NCBI RefSeq assembly: GCF_000007185.1
Contig: NC_003551.1
Coordinates: 810,001-842,000, forward strand
Direction of reading: 5' to 3'
Source: Methanopyrus kandleri AV19
GTDB lineage: Archaea; JAADCQ01; Methanopyri; Methanopyrales; Methanopyraceae
DNA: 32,000 bases
The notes beneath the pieces are model-generated. The model was not told the DNA's origin. It ran no database searches and saw only the letters and a program-made list of their open reading frames with translations. A program made the translations under genes and the position numbers. This document shows, in pieces, positions 17,312-26,366 of this stretch (the first letter of the stretch is position 1; the number at the start of each line of letters is the position of its first letter).

Positions 17312-18238
17312 GTGGTGGGGACAGTCAGAGAGCTTCCGACGCTGTTTTGCGAGTCGGTCGCACTGGAGGTACTCTCCGGGCCGAAACCAGGGTTGGTGGA
17401 TCCCATCTCTCCTAGCTCCCACGAGGACATGGGGCCCCGTGAGTTCCTCGCGTGCCTTCCGGAGCTTCGAAGGTGTCTCGAGGAGGCCCTAGAGCTGGGG
17501 ATAGACGGTGAACCCGTAGACGAGTTGATCCGGTCCCTTCCCGCGTGGAACGTGGACGTGATAACAGCTTCTGGCGGACCTAACTCCGTGCGTGGGATAG
17601 TGTTCCTCGGGTCAGTGTACTGCTACTCGGCTGGGCTCGAAAACGACCCGTTCCCGTTCGGCCGCATCCGCGTCGTCGGGAGAAGGTGTACGGAGGCCCT
17701 CTGGAACCGGTCGGAAACCAAGTGCGGGCGAATCCGGATCAAGGAGCGATTGGCCGGTGTCTTCGGCGAGGTGGCCTCCGGAATGGCTACGGCTCGGGGG
17801 GTATCCTTGCCGGTCCTACGGGCCACGCTGCGGGCGGGAAGGCCCCTCGAAGAGGCCGTGATACACTCGGTACTGGCCTGCATGTCAACGTTAGAAGACG
17901 CCGGGATCCCCCGGAAACTGCGTAATTGGGTGAAACGAAGGGCGTCGGAAGTTCTACGCGCTGGAGGCCCGTTCACCGAACGGGGTCGCGCGGAGCTGCA
18001 CAAATTCGTGCACGAGTGCGCCGAACGTGGGGTGAGTCCCGGTGCCTCGGCCGACGTCACGGTCGTTGGACTCGTCCTCCTACTTGCGAGGTGGGGGAGG
18101 GACATCGTATCCCCGTATCGTGATCCTCCGCGGAGGTGGAGTGGCGGAGCTGTTGAACGGAACTCTCAGGCTTCTGATACGGTCGGACGGAACCCGGGCG
18201 GTCGCGTCCGCGGGAGACGAGAAGTTCTTAAAGGCTGA
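17312..18238 (+). CDS. Triphosphoribosyl-dephospho-CoA synthase (CitG/MdcB) family-like protein
   Basis: 'SVALEVLSGPKPGLVDPISPSSHEDM', 'GVSPGASADVTVVGLVLLL' resemble the CitG family. Possible overextended C-terminus after 18120. Confidence 0.65.
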   Translation: MVGTVRELPTLFCESVALEVLSGPKPGLVDPISPSSHEDMGPREFLACLPELRRCLEEALELGIDGEPVDELIRSLPAWNVDVITASGGPNSVRGIVFLGSVYCYSAGLENDPFPFGRIRVVGRRCTEALWNRSETKCGRIRIKERLAGVFGEVASGMATARGVSLPVLRATLRAGRPLEEAVIHSVLACMSTLEDAGIPRKLRNWVKRRASEVLRAGGPFTERGRAELHKFVHECAERGVSPGASADVTVVGLVLLLARWGRDIVSPYRDPPRRWSGGAVERNSQASDTVGRNPGGRVRGRREVLKG

Positions 18239-18677
18239 CGAAGCTGAGGTCCGCAGGGAGTTAACACCCTTCGAAGCTTACCGGAAGATATGCAAGAAAC
18301 TGGACGCGTCTGTTGTCGAGCCACCCGAAGATGTAGGACATCCCGTCGATCCTGAGGTGGGATATCGGGTCCTGGAACTCTTGGAGAGCCTGTGGGACTC
18401 GGGGTTCAGGCGCTTGGGTGTCTTGGGGACCGTCGGGTGCGGTGCGCCCCTCCACGACATCGAGGTCGGGAATCCGGTCGGGTGGACTAGCGTTCGGGTC
18501 TCGAACCCAGGCTCAGATCTCGACCTCGTGGCCCCCCACCGAGATTACTTATTGGAGATGTCACTGTCTGGTTTCGAAACTGTAAAGCGTTTCGCGGACC
18601 GTGTGATAATGTCTCCCGCGGCATTCACTGGGTTTACAGTTCCCAGAGTCGAAGTCCGGTTACCCAGGGGGTGTTAA
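18120..18677 (+). CDS. Hypothetical protein encoded downstream of the CitG-like gene
   Basis: GTG start at 18120 ([14 protein letters not shown]). The ORF reaches PAN with no gap and contains 'LGTVGCG' and '[23 protein letters not shown]'. Confidence 0.6.
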   Translation: MILRGGGVAELLNGTLRLLIRSDGTRAVASAGDEKFLKADEAEVRRELTPFEAYRKICKKLDASVVEPPEDVGHPVDPEVGYRVLELLESLWDSGFRRLGVLGTVGCGAPLHDIEVGNPVGWTSVRVSNPGSDLDLVAPHRDYLLEMSLSGFETVKRFADRVIMSPAAFTGFTVPRVEVRLPRGC

Positions 18678-18678
18678 C

Positions 18679-20148
18679 TTGACGGAAAAACTTGACAGTG
18701 TGTTACCCAAAACCTCACAAGGTTCGAACTTGAACGATCTGAAGAACCTCCGCGATGCGCTGGATAAGTTTTCCGAGATCGAGCCGGATCTGGACGTCGA
18801 GTCGCTGAAAGCTACGCTGGACGATCTGATCACGCTCATGGAAGAAACAGGCGTGAAAGACGTGAGGGATCTCTGCGAGAAGTTTCTGGACTTCAAGCGT
18901 GAAAAGGAGCGGTTGGAAGAGCTCCTCAAGGAGTACTTCAAGCGGTTGGAGGAGTTGGAGCGGAAGCTGCGAGCCCACGAGGAGAAGCTTCGCATCGAGG
19001 CCCGTCGTCGTAAGACTCTGGAGAAGGAGTTGGAGATGGAGCGCGACGAGAAGGCCGAGCTGCGGGAGGAGCTACGGCGTAAAGAAGTCATGATCGAGAA
19101 GCTCCGTAGCGACCTGCAGCGGATGAAGAAGCCCCCGCTCATCGTGGGTACCGTCGAAGAGATCCTCGACGACGGTCGCGTGATAGTGAAGAGTTCCACG
19201 GGTCCGAAGTTCGTCTCGAACGTGAGCCCGACCGTAGACAGAAACGAGCTCGAGCCGGGTGCTAACGTGGCCCTCAACCAGCAGAGCATGGCCGTGGTGG
19301 ACGTGTTACCGTCGGAGAAAGACTCACGTGTACTGGCGATGGAGGTGGACGAGTCACCCGATGTGTCGTACGACGATATCGGCGGTCTGGACGAGCAGAT
19401 CCGCGAGATCCGAGAAGTCGTGGAGAAGCCGCTCAAGGAGCCCGAGCTGTTCGAGAAGGTCGGTGTCGAACCGCCGAAGGGTGTCCTACTGTACGGTCCA
19501 CCGGGCACCGGTAAGACCCTGCTGGCCAAAGCCGTGGCGAACCACGCCGACGCCACCTTCATCCGGCTCGCCGCGCCGGAATTGGTCCAGAAGTTCATCG
19601 GCGAAGGTGCTAGACTGGTGCGGGAGCTGTTCGAACTCGCACGCGAGAAGGCTCCGAGTATTATCTTCATCGACGAGATCGACGCGATCGGTGCCCGGCG
19701 AATGCGGGACGCGACGAGCGGAGACCGCGAGGTCCAGCGCACGCTCACCCAGCTGCTCGCGGAGATGGACGGCTTCGATCCGCTCGACGACATCAAGGTC
19801 ATCGCGGCCACGAACCGGAAGGACATCCTGGACCCGGCCTTGCTGCGACCGGGTCGGTTCGACAGGCACATTAAGATCCCGCTACCGGACGAGGAGGGCC
19901 GGTACGAGATCTTCAAGATCCACACGCGCGACATGAACTTGGCCGAGGACGTCGATCTCCAGAAGCTGGCGAAGATCACCGAGGGTGCCTCAGGTGCGGA
20001 CATCAAGGCCATATGTACCGAGGCTGGTATGATGGCTATACGCGAGGACCGTGACATTGTCACCATGGATGACTTCCTGAAGGCCGTGGACAGGGTCATG
20101 GGTAAGAAGGAAGAAGAGAGCGGAGAGTTCAAGCGCGCGTACCACTGA
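18679..20148 (+). CDS. pan: Proteasome-activating nucleotidase (AAA+ ATPase)
   Basis: N-terminal coiled coil, '[42 protein letters not shown]', Walker A 'GPPGTGKT', Walker B '[11 protein letters not shown]', SRH '[20 protein letters not shown]'. Start could instead be the internal Met at 18838. Confidence 0.95.
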   Translation: MTEKLDSVLPKTSQGSNLNDLKNLRDALDKFSEIEPDLDVESLKATLDDLITLMEETGVKDVRDLCEKFLDFKREKERLEELLKEYFKRLEELERKLRAHEEKLRIEARRRKTLEKELEMERDEKAELREELRRKEVMIEKLRSDLQRMKKPPLIVGTVEEILDDGRVIVKSSTGPKFVSNVSPTVDRNELEPGANVALNQQSMAVVDVLPSEKDSRVLAMEVDESPDVSYDDIGGLDEQIREIREVVEKPLKEPELFEKVGVEPPKGVLLYGPPGTGKTLLAKAVANHADATFIRLAAPELVQKFIGEGARLVRELFELAREKAPSIIFIDEIDAIGARRMRDATSGDREVQRTLTQLLAEMDGFDPLDDIKVIAATNRKDILDPALLRPGRFDRHIKIPLPDEEGRYEIFKIHTRDMNLAEDVDLQKLAKITEGASGADIKAICTEAGMMAIREDRDIVTMDDFLKAVDRVMGKKEEESGEFKRAYH

Positions 20149-20185
20149 TGCGGACTCCCCGACCTTCCACCAACAATCCCCTCCC

Positions 20186-20248
20186 CAGGATGACGAGGCG
20201 GTTGCTGGCGGACCCGACAGGGATGATGAATAGTGGGCGAGCGGACTG
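20186..20248 (+). ncRNA. Candidate C/D-box sRNA
   Basis: CAG-G-ATGACGA(C)-GGCGGTTGCTGG(12)-CGGA(D')-10 nt-ATGATGA(C')-ATAGTGGGCGAG(12)-CGGA(D)-CTG, in the PAN/GNAT intergenic region. Confidence 0.5.
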
Positions 20249-21030
20249 TTGCGCATTACGGTCCTTACGTCGTTAAGGAGATCAGAACGAACCAGGACAA
20301 CCTGGACGCGATCCGTTCGTTACTGAAGTCCGCCGAGCGCCGTGGTCCTGGAAACGTGGGAGAAGTGGTTCCTCTCGATGTCTTCGACACGGACCGTGGG
20401 CTAGCCTCCGATCGCACCAGGCTGCTGGTGGCTCTACGGGAGGACGAGATCGTCGCTTGCGTCGCCGCGGATCCTCGGGAACGCATAGGTTCCGGTCCCA
20501 ATCCCCACAACGTCTTCGGCCTCGTAGTGTCTCCGGAGGTGCGCGCCAGGTACCAGTTGGGACACGTCATGATCGCCGCCGCCCTGAAAACGCTCCGGGA
20601 AGAAGGTCTGAAGGTCGCACGAACCACTCCAATCAGACGCGCCTTACCGTTCTTCACGGGTATCCGCGCCGATCCCACTCATGTGTACCGGGAACTCGAG
20701 GTGAGGCTAAGGTGGTATCGTAGGACTGGGAGTGAGGAGTACTTGGAGCTAACCAGGGTACCGAGAGAGGTCCGTGAAGAGCTGGAGCTACTTCGAATTC
20801 GTACGGTGAACGCTCGGAGGGACCCTACACCGTTTCACCGGTTGGATCCGGAGAAGCCCGTGCACGTTTTCAGGTCGGGTGTCCGCTCGTTCACCCTCAT
20901 AGCATCGCTGGGGGACGGGGATCATGGTCGACGTCAGCGTGATATTGCCCACGTACAACGAGCGCGAGAACCTTCCAAGGGTGATTCCCAAGATCGAGGA
21001 GGTAGTGGAGGAAGAAGGCTGGACCGCTGA
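20233..21030 (+). CDS. GNAT-family N-acetyltransferase-like protein
   Basis: 'NVFGLVVSPEVRARYQLGHVMIAAALKTLREEGLKVARTTP' resembles the GNAT acetyl-CoA-binding motif region. Start uncertain; the C-terminus overlaps the next gene. Confidence 0.6.
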   Translation: MGERTVAHYGPYVVKEIRTNQDNLDAIRSLLKSAERRGPGNVGEVVPLDVFDTDRGLASDRTRLLVALREDEIVACVAADPRERIGSGPNPHNVFGLVVSPEVRARYQLGHVMIAAALKTLREEGLKVARTTPIRRALPFFTGIRADPTHVYRELEVRLRWYRRTGSEEYLELTRVPREVREELELLRIRTVNARRDPTPFHRLDPEKPVHVFRSGVRSFTLIASLGDGDHGRRQRDIAHVQRAREPSKGDSQDRGGSGGRRLDR

Positions 21031-21646
21031 GATTCTGGTAGTCGACGACAACTCACCCGACGGAACGGCGGAAGTGGCCCGAGAACTTTCCAGACAGTAC
21101 GGTAACATCAAGGTGATCGTGCGCGAGGAGAAGCCGGGATTAGGTCTAGCGTACAGGAGAGGGTTCCGCGAGGCTAGGGGCGAGGTGATAGTATGTATGG
21201 ACGCCGACGGTCAACACCCACCAGAGTGTCTTCCTAACATCGTGAATCCGGTACTCGATGGGGAGTGCGACTTCGGATTAGGGTCCAGGTACGTCGAAGG
21301 GTCCGTCGTTGAGAACTTCCCGTGGTACCGTAAGCTGAACTCTTGGGGTGCACGCGTTGTTGCACGCTTGTTCCTCAAACTTCCGTACCGCGATCCGACG
21401 AGCGGGTTCCGTGCTATTTCCCGGAAGATACTGACCGAGAGCCGACCGTTCGTGTCCGAAGGTTTCGAGATACAGGTCGAGACGCTCGCGAAGGCCCACC
21501 ACATGGGCTACACCGTGCAGGAGTACCCGTTCTTGTTCCGACCCAGAGAGCGGGGATCCTCTAACGTGAATATCCGTCAGATACTACGGTACCTCAGAGG
21601 AGTGTGGAGGATCAGGAAGGACTTGAAGCAGCGTGGGCTCCTGTAA
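20924..21646 (+). CDS. Dolichyl-phosphate mannose synthase-like GT2 glycosyltransferase
   Basis: 'VSVILPTYNERENLPRVIPKI', 'ILVVDDNSPDGTAEVARELS', 'CMDADGQHPPECLP', 'GSRYVEG', 'DPTSGFRAISRKIL'. Confidence 0.95.
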   Translation: MVDVSVILPTYNERENLPRVIPKIEEVVEEEGWTAEILVVDDNSPDGTAEVARELSRQYGNIKVIVREEKPGLGLAYRRGFREARGEVIVCMDADGQHPPECLPNIVNPVLDGECDFGLGSRYVEGSVVENFPWYRKLNSWGARVVARLFLKLPYRDPTSGFRAISRKILTESRPFVSEGFEIQVETLAKAHHMGYTVQEYPFLFRPRERGSSNVNIRQILRYLRGVWRIRKDLKQRGLL

Positions 21647-21688
21647 ACGTTTTCACATACCTGCTCCGGATGGCTCGAGGGCAGAAGA

Positions 21689-23029
21689 TTGCGCGTTGTG
21701 GTGGTAGGAGGCGGAGCCGCCGGCGTCGTAGCCGCTCGGACTGCCCGGGAACACGGCGCCGACGTGGTTCTAATCTCGGCGGATGAGCATATCGCGTACT
21801 CCCCCTGCGCCATCCCGTTCGTAATCTCAGGGGAGATAGAACGACCGGAAGATATCCTGATGCGCGATCCCACCCACTACGAGCGCCTCGGGATCGACGT
21901 CAGGCTGGGCGTGAGGGTGGAGGAAGTCGATCCCGAAGAGAAGGTCGTGACCACCGAAGACGGTGACACCGTCGAATACGACTCGATGGTTCTCGCTACC
22001 GGTGGAGAGCCTCTAGTTCCCCCGATCGAGGGTTCCGAACTGGACGGCGTCTTCACCGTTCGGCGGTTTTCGGATATCGAGCCTCTACTACGAGCCGTTC
22101 AGGAGTCGGAGCGAGCTGTGATAGTGGGAGCAGGACCCATCGGTGTAGAGATGGCGTACGCCCTTCACGAACGCGGGTTAGAGGTCACGCTGGTCGAAAT
22201 GCTCGATAGGGTTCTTCCGCAGTTCCTCGACGATGATGTCGCCGCGATAGTGCAAGAGCGGATGGAAAAGGAGGGCGTCAGAGTACTTCTCGGCTCGCCT
22301 GTGGAGGCTATAGAAGGCGATGATAGAGTGGAGGCCGTGGTGGTAAACGGTGAAGAGATAGAGGCCGACCTCGTCGTGATGGCGGCCGGTGTGAGGCCGG
22401 TAACGGACCTCTTTGAGAGCATAGGGGCTTCGGTCCTACCCTTTGGGGTTGAAGTCGATCCCGCCCTTCGAGTCAAGCGCGAGGACGGCGGTGTCTTCGA
22501 CGATATATACGCGGCCGGGGATTGTGTGGCTGATTGGTGTCCCATCACGGGTGAGCGAGTTCCGAGCCAGCTCGGCACGGTCGCCGTTCGACAGGGCAAG
22601 ATCGCCGGGAAAAACGCCGCTGGAGGTCCCAGGGCGACTTGGATGGGTACCCTCAACACCGCAGTGATCCGCGTGTTCGATCTGGAGGCGGCGGGTGCGG
22701 GATTGACACAGACCAGGGCCGAAGAATTAGGGTTGGAGGTGGTTTCGGCCACCGTCGAGACGACCACCAGGGCCAGGTATTATCCGGGTGGCGAGCCTAT
22801 TGCGGTCAAGTTAATAGCTGATGCGGACACGCACCGTATCGTCGGAGTTCAATCCGTTGGAGGGGAACGGGTGAGGGAGCGCGTCGACGGTGTCGCTTTG
22901 GCCATCCGGCTGGCGGCTAAAGTAGAGGACCTCCTGAGCTGGGATTACTCCTACTCGCCTCCGGTCGCTCGGGTTATAGAACCCATATACGAGGCCGCCG
23001 AGCTCCTTAGGGAGGAGCTTCACTCATGA
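21689..23029 (+). CDS. FAD-dependent pyridine nucleotide-disulfide oxidoreductase (NADH oxidase / CoA-disulfide reductase family)
   Basis: 'VVVVGGGAAGVVAARTARE', Cys-containing 'YSPCAIPFVISG', 'AVIVGAGPIGVEMAYAL', 'YAAGDCV'. Confidence 0.93.
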   Translation: MRVVVVGGGAAGVVAARTAREHGADVVLISADEHIAYSPCAIPFVISGEIERPEDILMRDPTHYERLGIDVRLGVRVEEVDPEEKVVTTEDGDTVEYDSMVLATGGEPLVPPIEGSELDGVFTVRRFSDIEPLLRAVQESERAVIVGAGPIGVEMAYALHERGLEVTLVEMLDRVLPQFLDDDVAAIVQERMEKEGVRVLLGSPVEAIEGDDRVEAVVVNGEEIEADLVVMAAGVRPVTDLFESIGASVLPFGVEVDPALRVKREDGGVFDDIYAAGDCVADWCPITGERVPSQLGTVAVRQGKIAGKNAAGGPRATWMGTLNTAVIRVFDLEAAGAGLTQTRAEELGLEVVSATVETTTRARYYPGGEPIAVKLIADADTHRIVGVQSVGGERVRERVDGVALAIRLAAKVEDLLSWDYSYSPPVARVIEPIYEAAELLREELHS

Positions 23030-23541
23030 AGCGCTTCCTCAGAGACCTTTCCGCCGCCACAGCATCACTGACGGCCTTGGTCCTCATGGAATCGTTCACG
23101 GGGATTACGCTCGAATCCCTTAAGCATCGGTGGGTGCATCATCCTGAGTTCTTGGCGATGCTTCCGGCTCTCATGGACTTTCGGGGCAACGTGGCTCTCG
23201 CTCACTCCGCCCGCACCGCCACGGCGACCCATCTGGGTGACGAGGAGAGGGCACTGCAGAGCTCACTGGCGGTTCTCCTAATCGGCCTCATGGTGCCTCC
23301 GGTCATCGGCTCGGTCGTCTACTACGCCTACGGAGGTGATTTGAGTACCCTCGTAGGGACTGCGTTCCTTACCGTACTGTCGGTTACCGCGGTCGTGACG
23401 CCAGTAACAGTCGGTATCGTCCGCATGGCGGCGATGTTGGGTTTCGATCCGGATCATGTCGCTCCGCCACTAACAACGGCTCTCTCGGACGTACTGACGG
23501 TGGCTTTCCTGTTCACGATTGCGGAGGTGATGGTAGGTTGA
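23026..23541 (+). CDS. MgtE/SLC41-like divalent cation transporter half-protein 1
   Basis: 'HPEFLAMLPALMDFRGNVALAHSARTATATHLG' and 'GFDPDHVAPPLTTALSDVLTVA' match the MgtE membrane domain pattern. Confidence 0.8.
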   Translation: MKRFLRDLSAATASLTALVLMESFTGITLESLKHRWVHHPEFLAMLPALMDFRGNVALAHSARTATATHLGDEERALQSSLAVLLIGLMVPPVIGSVVYYAYGGDLSTLVGTAFLTVLSVTAVVTPVTVGIVRMAAMLGFDPDHVAPPLTTALSDVLTVAFLFTIAEVMVG

Positions 23542-24059
23542 GCAGTGTATGGAGAGGGATTCTCAGGATCCTCCGATCGATGTTGGTGATTTCCATAATT
23601 CTCGCCGTCTGGAGCTCTTTCACGGGCTCGCTGCTGGCTAAATGGGAGGCCAAGCTCGAGCATAACCCCGGTCTAGCCGCGCTCCTCCCAGTTCTAATGG
23701 CGGCGGCCGGCGCTGCGGCCGCGTCGTTCGGTAGCCGTCTTTCTACCTATTTGCACTTAGGGACGTTCACGATATGGGCGGTACTGAGAGACGCGTTGGT
23801 GCAAGGCTCGGCCTTGCTGTTGGTAATCGCGGGCTACGCCGGTCTCGTGACCGTCGCGTTCTCCGGTCGACCGTCTCTGATCCTGTTGGCCGTTGAGTCG
23901 ACGGGGTTAACGTTCTTGACCTCTATTCTCGTGGCCCTCGGCTCGGCGTTCACGAGCGTAAGACTAGGGATGGATCCCGACGACGTCGTTGGGCCCGTCG
24001 TGACGACGGCCGCGGATTCCGTAGGGATCATACTTACCTTAACCCTAGCTCCGGGGTAA
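23538..24059 (+). CDS. MgtE/SLC41-like divalent cation transporter half-protein 2
   Basis: 'NPGLAALLPVLMAAAGAAAASFGSRLSTYLHLG' and 'MDPDDVVGPVVTTAADSVGIIL', parallel to the preceding ORF; overlaps it by ATGA. Confidence 0.82.
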   Translation: MSSVWRGILRILRSMLVISIILAVWSSFTGSLLAKWEAKLEHNPGLAALLPVLMAAAGAAAASFGSRLSTYLHLGTFTIWAVLRDALVQGSALLLVIAGYAGLVTVAFSGRPSLILLAVESTGLTFLTSILVALGSAFTSVRLGMDPDDVVGPVVTTAADSVGIILTLTLAPG

Positions 24060-24661
24060 TGGCGTTGGAAATGGAAAAAATCGAAGAAGAGGTTAAGAAG
24101 CGGACGGTCGTGGAGCTCCTTACGGAAATGAAGAATCTCGCGCAGCTATCCGTTGACCTGGCTTACTCGGTCTTACTGTTCGGGAGCCCCGAGTTGGCCG
24201 AGGAGGTGCGACGCATTGAGAGACGCGTGGACGAGTTGTCTATGGTACTGAAGGCGAAGCTCGCTCTGGCTATTCGGGATCTCGAGGACGTTCGCCATCT
24301 ACTGCCCATAATGGAGTTGACGCAGTCGATGGAGGTTATCACCGACGCCGCGAACGACATTGCCGAAACCGTGGCTATGGGTGCGGAACCTCACCCTATC
24401 GTTCAGAAGGCCATCGCCGAGTCCGAAGAGAAGATACGGCTTGTTCGGGTTGAAGAGGGGTCGGAATTAGACGGCAAAACGCTGGGAGAACTCAGGCTGG
24501 CCAGTGAGACTGGGATGCACGTAATCGCGATCAGGCGGGGGTCGACTTGGATAATAGGGCCGGATAAAGACGCCAAGATACTGGGAGGAGATGTCTTGAT
24601 AGTTCGTGGTCGGGACGAAGGATACAGGAAACTGAAGAAGATGGCTAGTGGGCGAGGATGA
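24059..24661 (+). CDS. PhoU-like domain plus TrkA-C (RCK_C) regulatory protein
   Basis: Helical PhoU-like N-terminus, then 'IRLVRVEEGSELDGKTLGELRLASETGMHVIAIRRGSTWIIGPDKDAKILGGDVLIVRG' (TrkA_C). Confidence 0.88.
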   Translation: MALEMEKIEEEVKKRTVVELLTEMKNLAQLSVDLAYSVLLFGSPELAEEVRRIERRVDELSMVLKAKLALAIRDLEDVRHLLPIMELTQSMEVITDAANDIAETVAMGAEPHPIVQKAIAESEEKIRLVRVEEGSELDGKTLGELRLASETGMHVIAIRRGSTWIIGPDKDAKILGGDVLIVRGRDEGYRKLKKMASGRG

Positions 24662-24662
24662 C

Positions 24663-24959
24663 ATGCGTTGGGAGACTAGGCGCGAAAAGATCGTGTCCTT
24701 GCTCACGGAGAGCCGTGAACCTCTGACCATTGAGGAGATAGCTTACATGGTCGGAGAGGACGATAAATCGAAGATTATCGAGGACTTGGAACACATAGCT
24801 AAAACGCTACGTCGTGAGGGCAAGACGCTGCTTATGGAACCGGCTAGGTGTAACAAGTGCGGGTACGTGTTCAAGAGCCTCAGGGTTAAGCCACCGTCCA
24901 GGTGCCCGAAATGCAAGTCCGAGTGGATCCAACCGCCGAGGTTCACGATCAGGGAATGA
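24663..24959 (+). CDS. Winged-HTH/zinc-ribbon transcriptional regulator
   Basis: 'REKIVSLLTESREPLTIEEIAYMVG...' plus 'CNKCGYVFKSLRVKPPSRCPKCKSEWIQPPRFTI'. Confidence 0.88.
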   Translation: MRWETRREKIVSLLTESREPLTIEEIAYMVGEDDKSKIIEDLEHIAKTLRREGKTLLMEPARCNKCGYVFKSLRVKPPSRCPKCKSEWIQPPRFTIRE

Positions 24960-25605
24960 CCCTCCGAGGGACGTCCAAGGACAAATCGTCCAACGTTATC
25001 CTTAGAAACTCACCCACCGCCACGACGTCTCCCAGATATCGTGAGCCGTTCTCACGTATCTCGACGACTTCGAGTCTCTCGGTGATCCCAACGATCGCGT
25101 CCGGTCTATGGAAGCCCAACGGACGACACCTCACGCCTTCCACTTTCAGGAAGCCCGAGGAGAGGTCTATCGACATGCCACCCGCGGAGAGTTCGCTCCC
25201 GCGACGCTGCGTCATGATGGTGAGACTCTCGTAGGTCCTGACGTGTAGGTTCTTACCGTACAGCGTCACCATGTAGTCGCTGCCCACCTTGCGGACGTCT
25301 ACGAAGAGTTCCCCGAGACGACGGTGCGGGATGATCGGTGGGACGACGACGCCTTCTCCGATCTTTCGGACCCGGAGCGGTTCGGTAATGACGCGCTCCT
25401 CCGTGACACGGTATGGGACCACGTAGTAATACCCAGAATCCGCACGCACCGATACCAGGCACACGGATCGGAACTTCTCAAGTCCCGCTACCTCACCGAG
25501 TCGCACGTACCCGTCGTGTGATCGGCGCATTACCCTAGCTTCTTCGCCTATGTCGAACTTCTCACAGACTACCGGGGGCTCCGGAACGTTCTCCGGCAGT
25601 TTCAT
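24949..25605 (-). CDS. Hypothetical protein, 218 aa
   Basis: Coding-like ORF, 4-nt overlap with the upstream 25602..26366 gene; convergent 11-nt overlap with the zinc-ribbon gene. Confidence 0.75.
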   Translation of the reverse strand: MKLPENVPEPPVVCEKFDIGEEARVMRRSHDGYVRLGEVAGLEKFRSVCLVSVRADSGYYYVVPYRVTEERVITEPLRVRKIGEGVVVPPIIPHRRLGELFVDVRKVGSDYMVTLYGKNLHVRTYESLTIMTQRRGSELSAGGMSIDLSSGFLKVEGVRCRPLGFHRPDAIVGITERLEVVEIRENGSRYLGDVVAVGEFLRITLDDLSLDVPRRVIP

Positions 25606-26366
25606 CCGAACACAGCCCCCTCCATTTCGAGTACCGCGTTGAGTACGCCATTCACCAGCTCGGACCGTCTGCCCAACACTGCGGCAGGGCTCCAGCTGAA
25701 CATTCTGTAACCGACGTTCCTGGACGTCAGGACCCCTGCGGCTTCCAGTGCGTCCAGCATCTTAGTCCCGAGTTTGAACTCACGGAAATTCCTGCAGATT
25801 CTACCCAGTATCTCCGTGGCGGACAGGTACATCGTGCGGACAACTCGCACATCCCTTCGGGCGATTTCTCCTAATATCGTGGACCCCGTCTCTTCGACGA
25901 GCTCGCTCACGTGTTCATTCATCTCCTCAAGAGTGCCACCACGTTTCAACGCTTCCGGGCACGGCCCGTACGGCGGCCATGTCAAAATGTCCTTCGCGGA
26001 GCCTTCCACCTTAACCAGCTCGACCGACACCTCGCGCACGATGCTGTCGGGTACGAAGTCCAGAAACACCTGGGAGTAGACCACAACGTGAACTTCTTTG
26101 AACCTGTTGAGCAGCGCCGATAGAACGTTGTACACCTTGGATCTGATACTCCTGAGTGCGTAACGGTCACGGCGCTCCAACCACTCGAGCACCGTTGGCG
26201 CATCCATGTGAGCAATTACCACACGGTCTGCTCCCTCGTCACACAACGAGGTGATGTCGGATAGCCTTCGAGCATCCGATACGTCTACGATTTCGCCGTC
26301 TTGCGCTAACTTATGGCATACTTCTCTGAACCCGTAGCACGGCGGGCAGACGGTGACTTTCAGCAA
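25602..26366 (-). CDS. Hypothetical protein, 254 aa
   Basis: Coding-like ORF in an overlapping gene string, with an N-terminal 'CPPCYG' motif and a second Cys in 'VCHKL'. Confidence 0.75.
   Translation of the reverse strand: MLKVTVCPPCYGFREVCHKLAQDGEIVDVSDARRLSDITSLCDEGADRVVIAHMDAPTVLEWLERRDRYALRSIRSKVYNVLSALLNRFKEVHVVVYSQVFLDFVPDSIVREVSVELVKVEGSAKDILTWPPYGPCPEALKRGGTLEEMNEHVSELVEETGSTILGEIARRDVRVVRTMYLSATEILGRICRNFREFKLGTKMLDALEAAGVLTSRNVGYRMFSWSPAAVLGRRSELVNGVLNAVLEMEGAVFG

Noticed and set aside
19259-19936. 225-aa plus-strand ORF inside PAN
   Set aside because: Arg/Ser/Trp-rich out-of-frame reading of PAN.
18660-20132. 490-aa minus-strand ORF opposite PAN
   Set aside because: Perfect shadow of an unambiguous AAA+ gene, with Ser-rich mirror composition.
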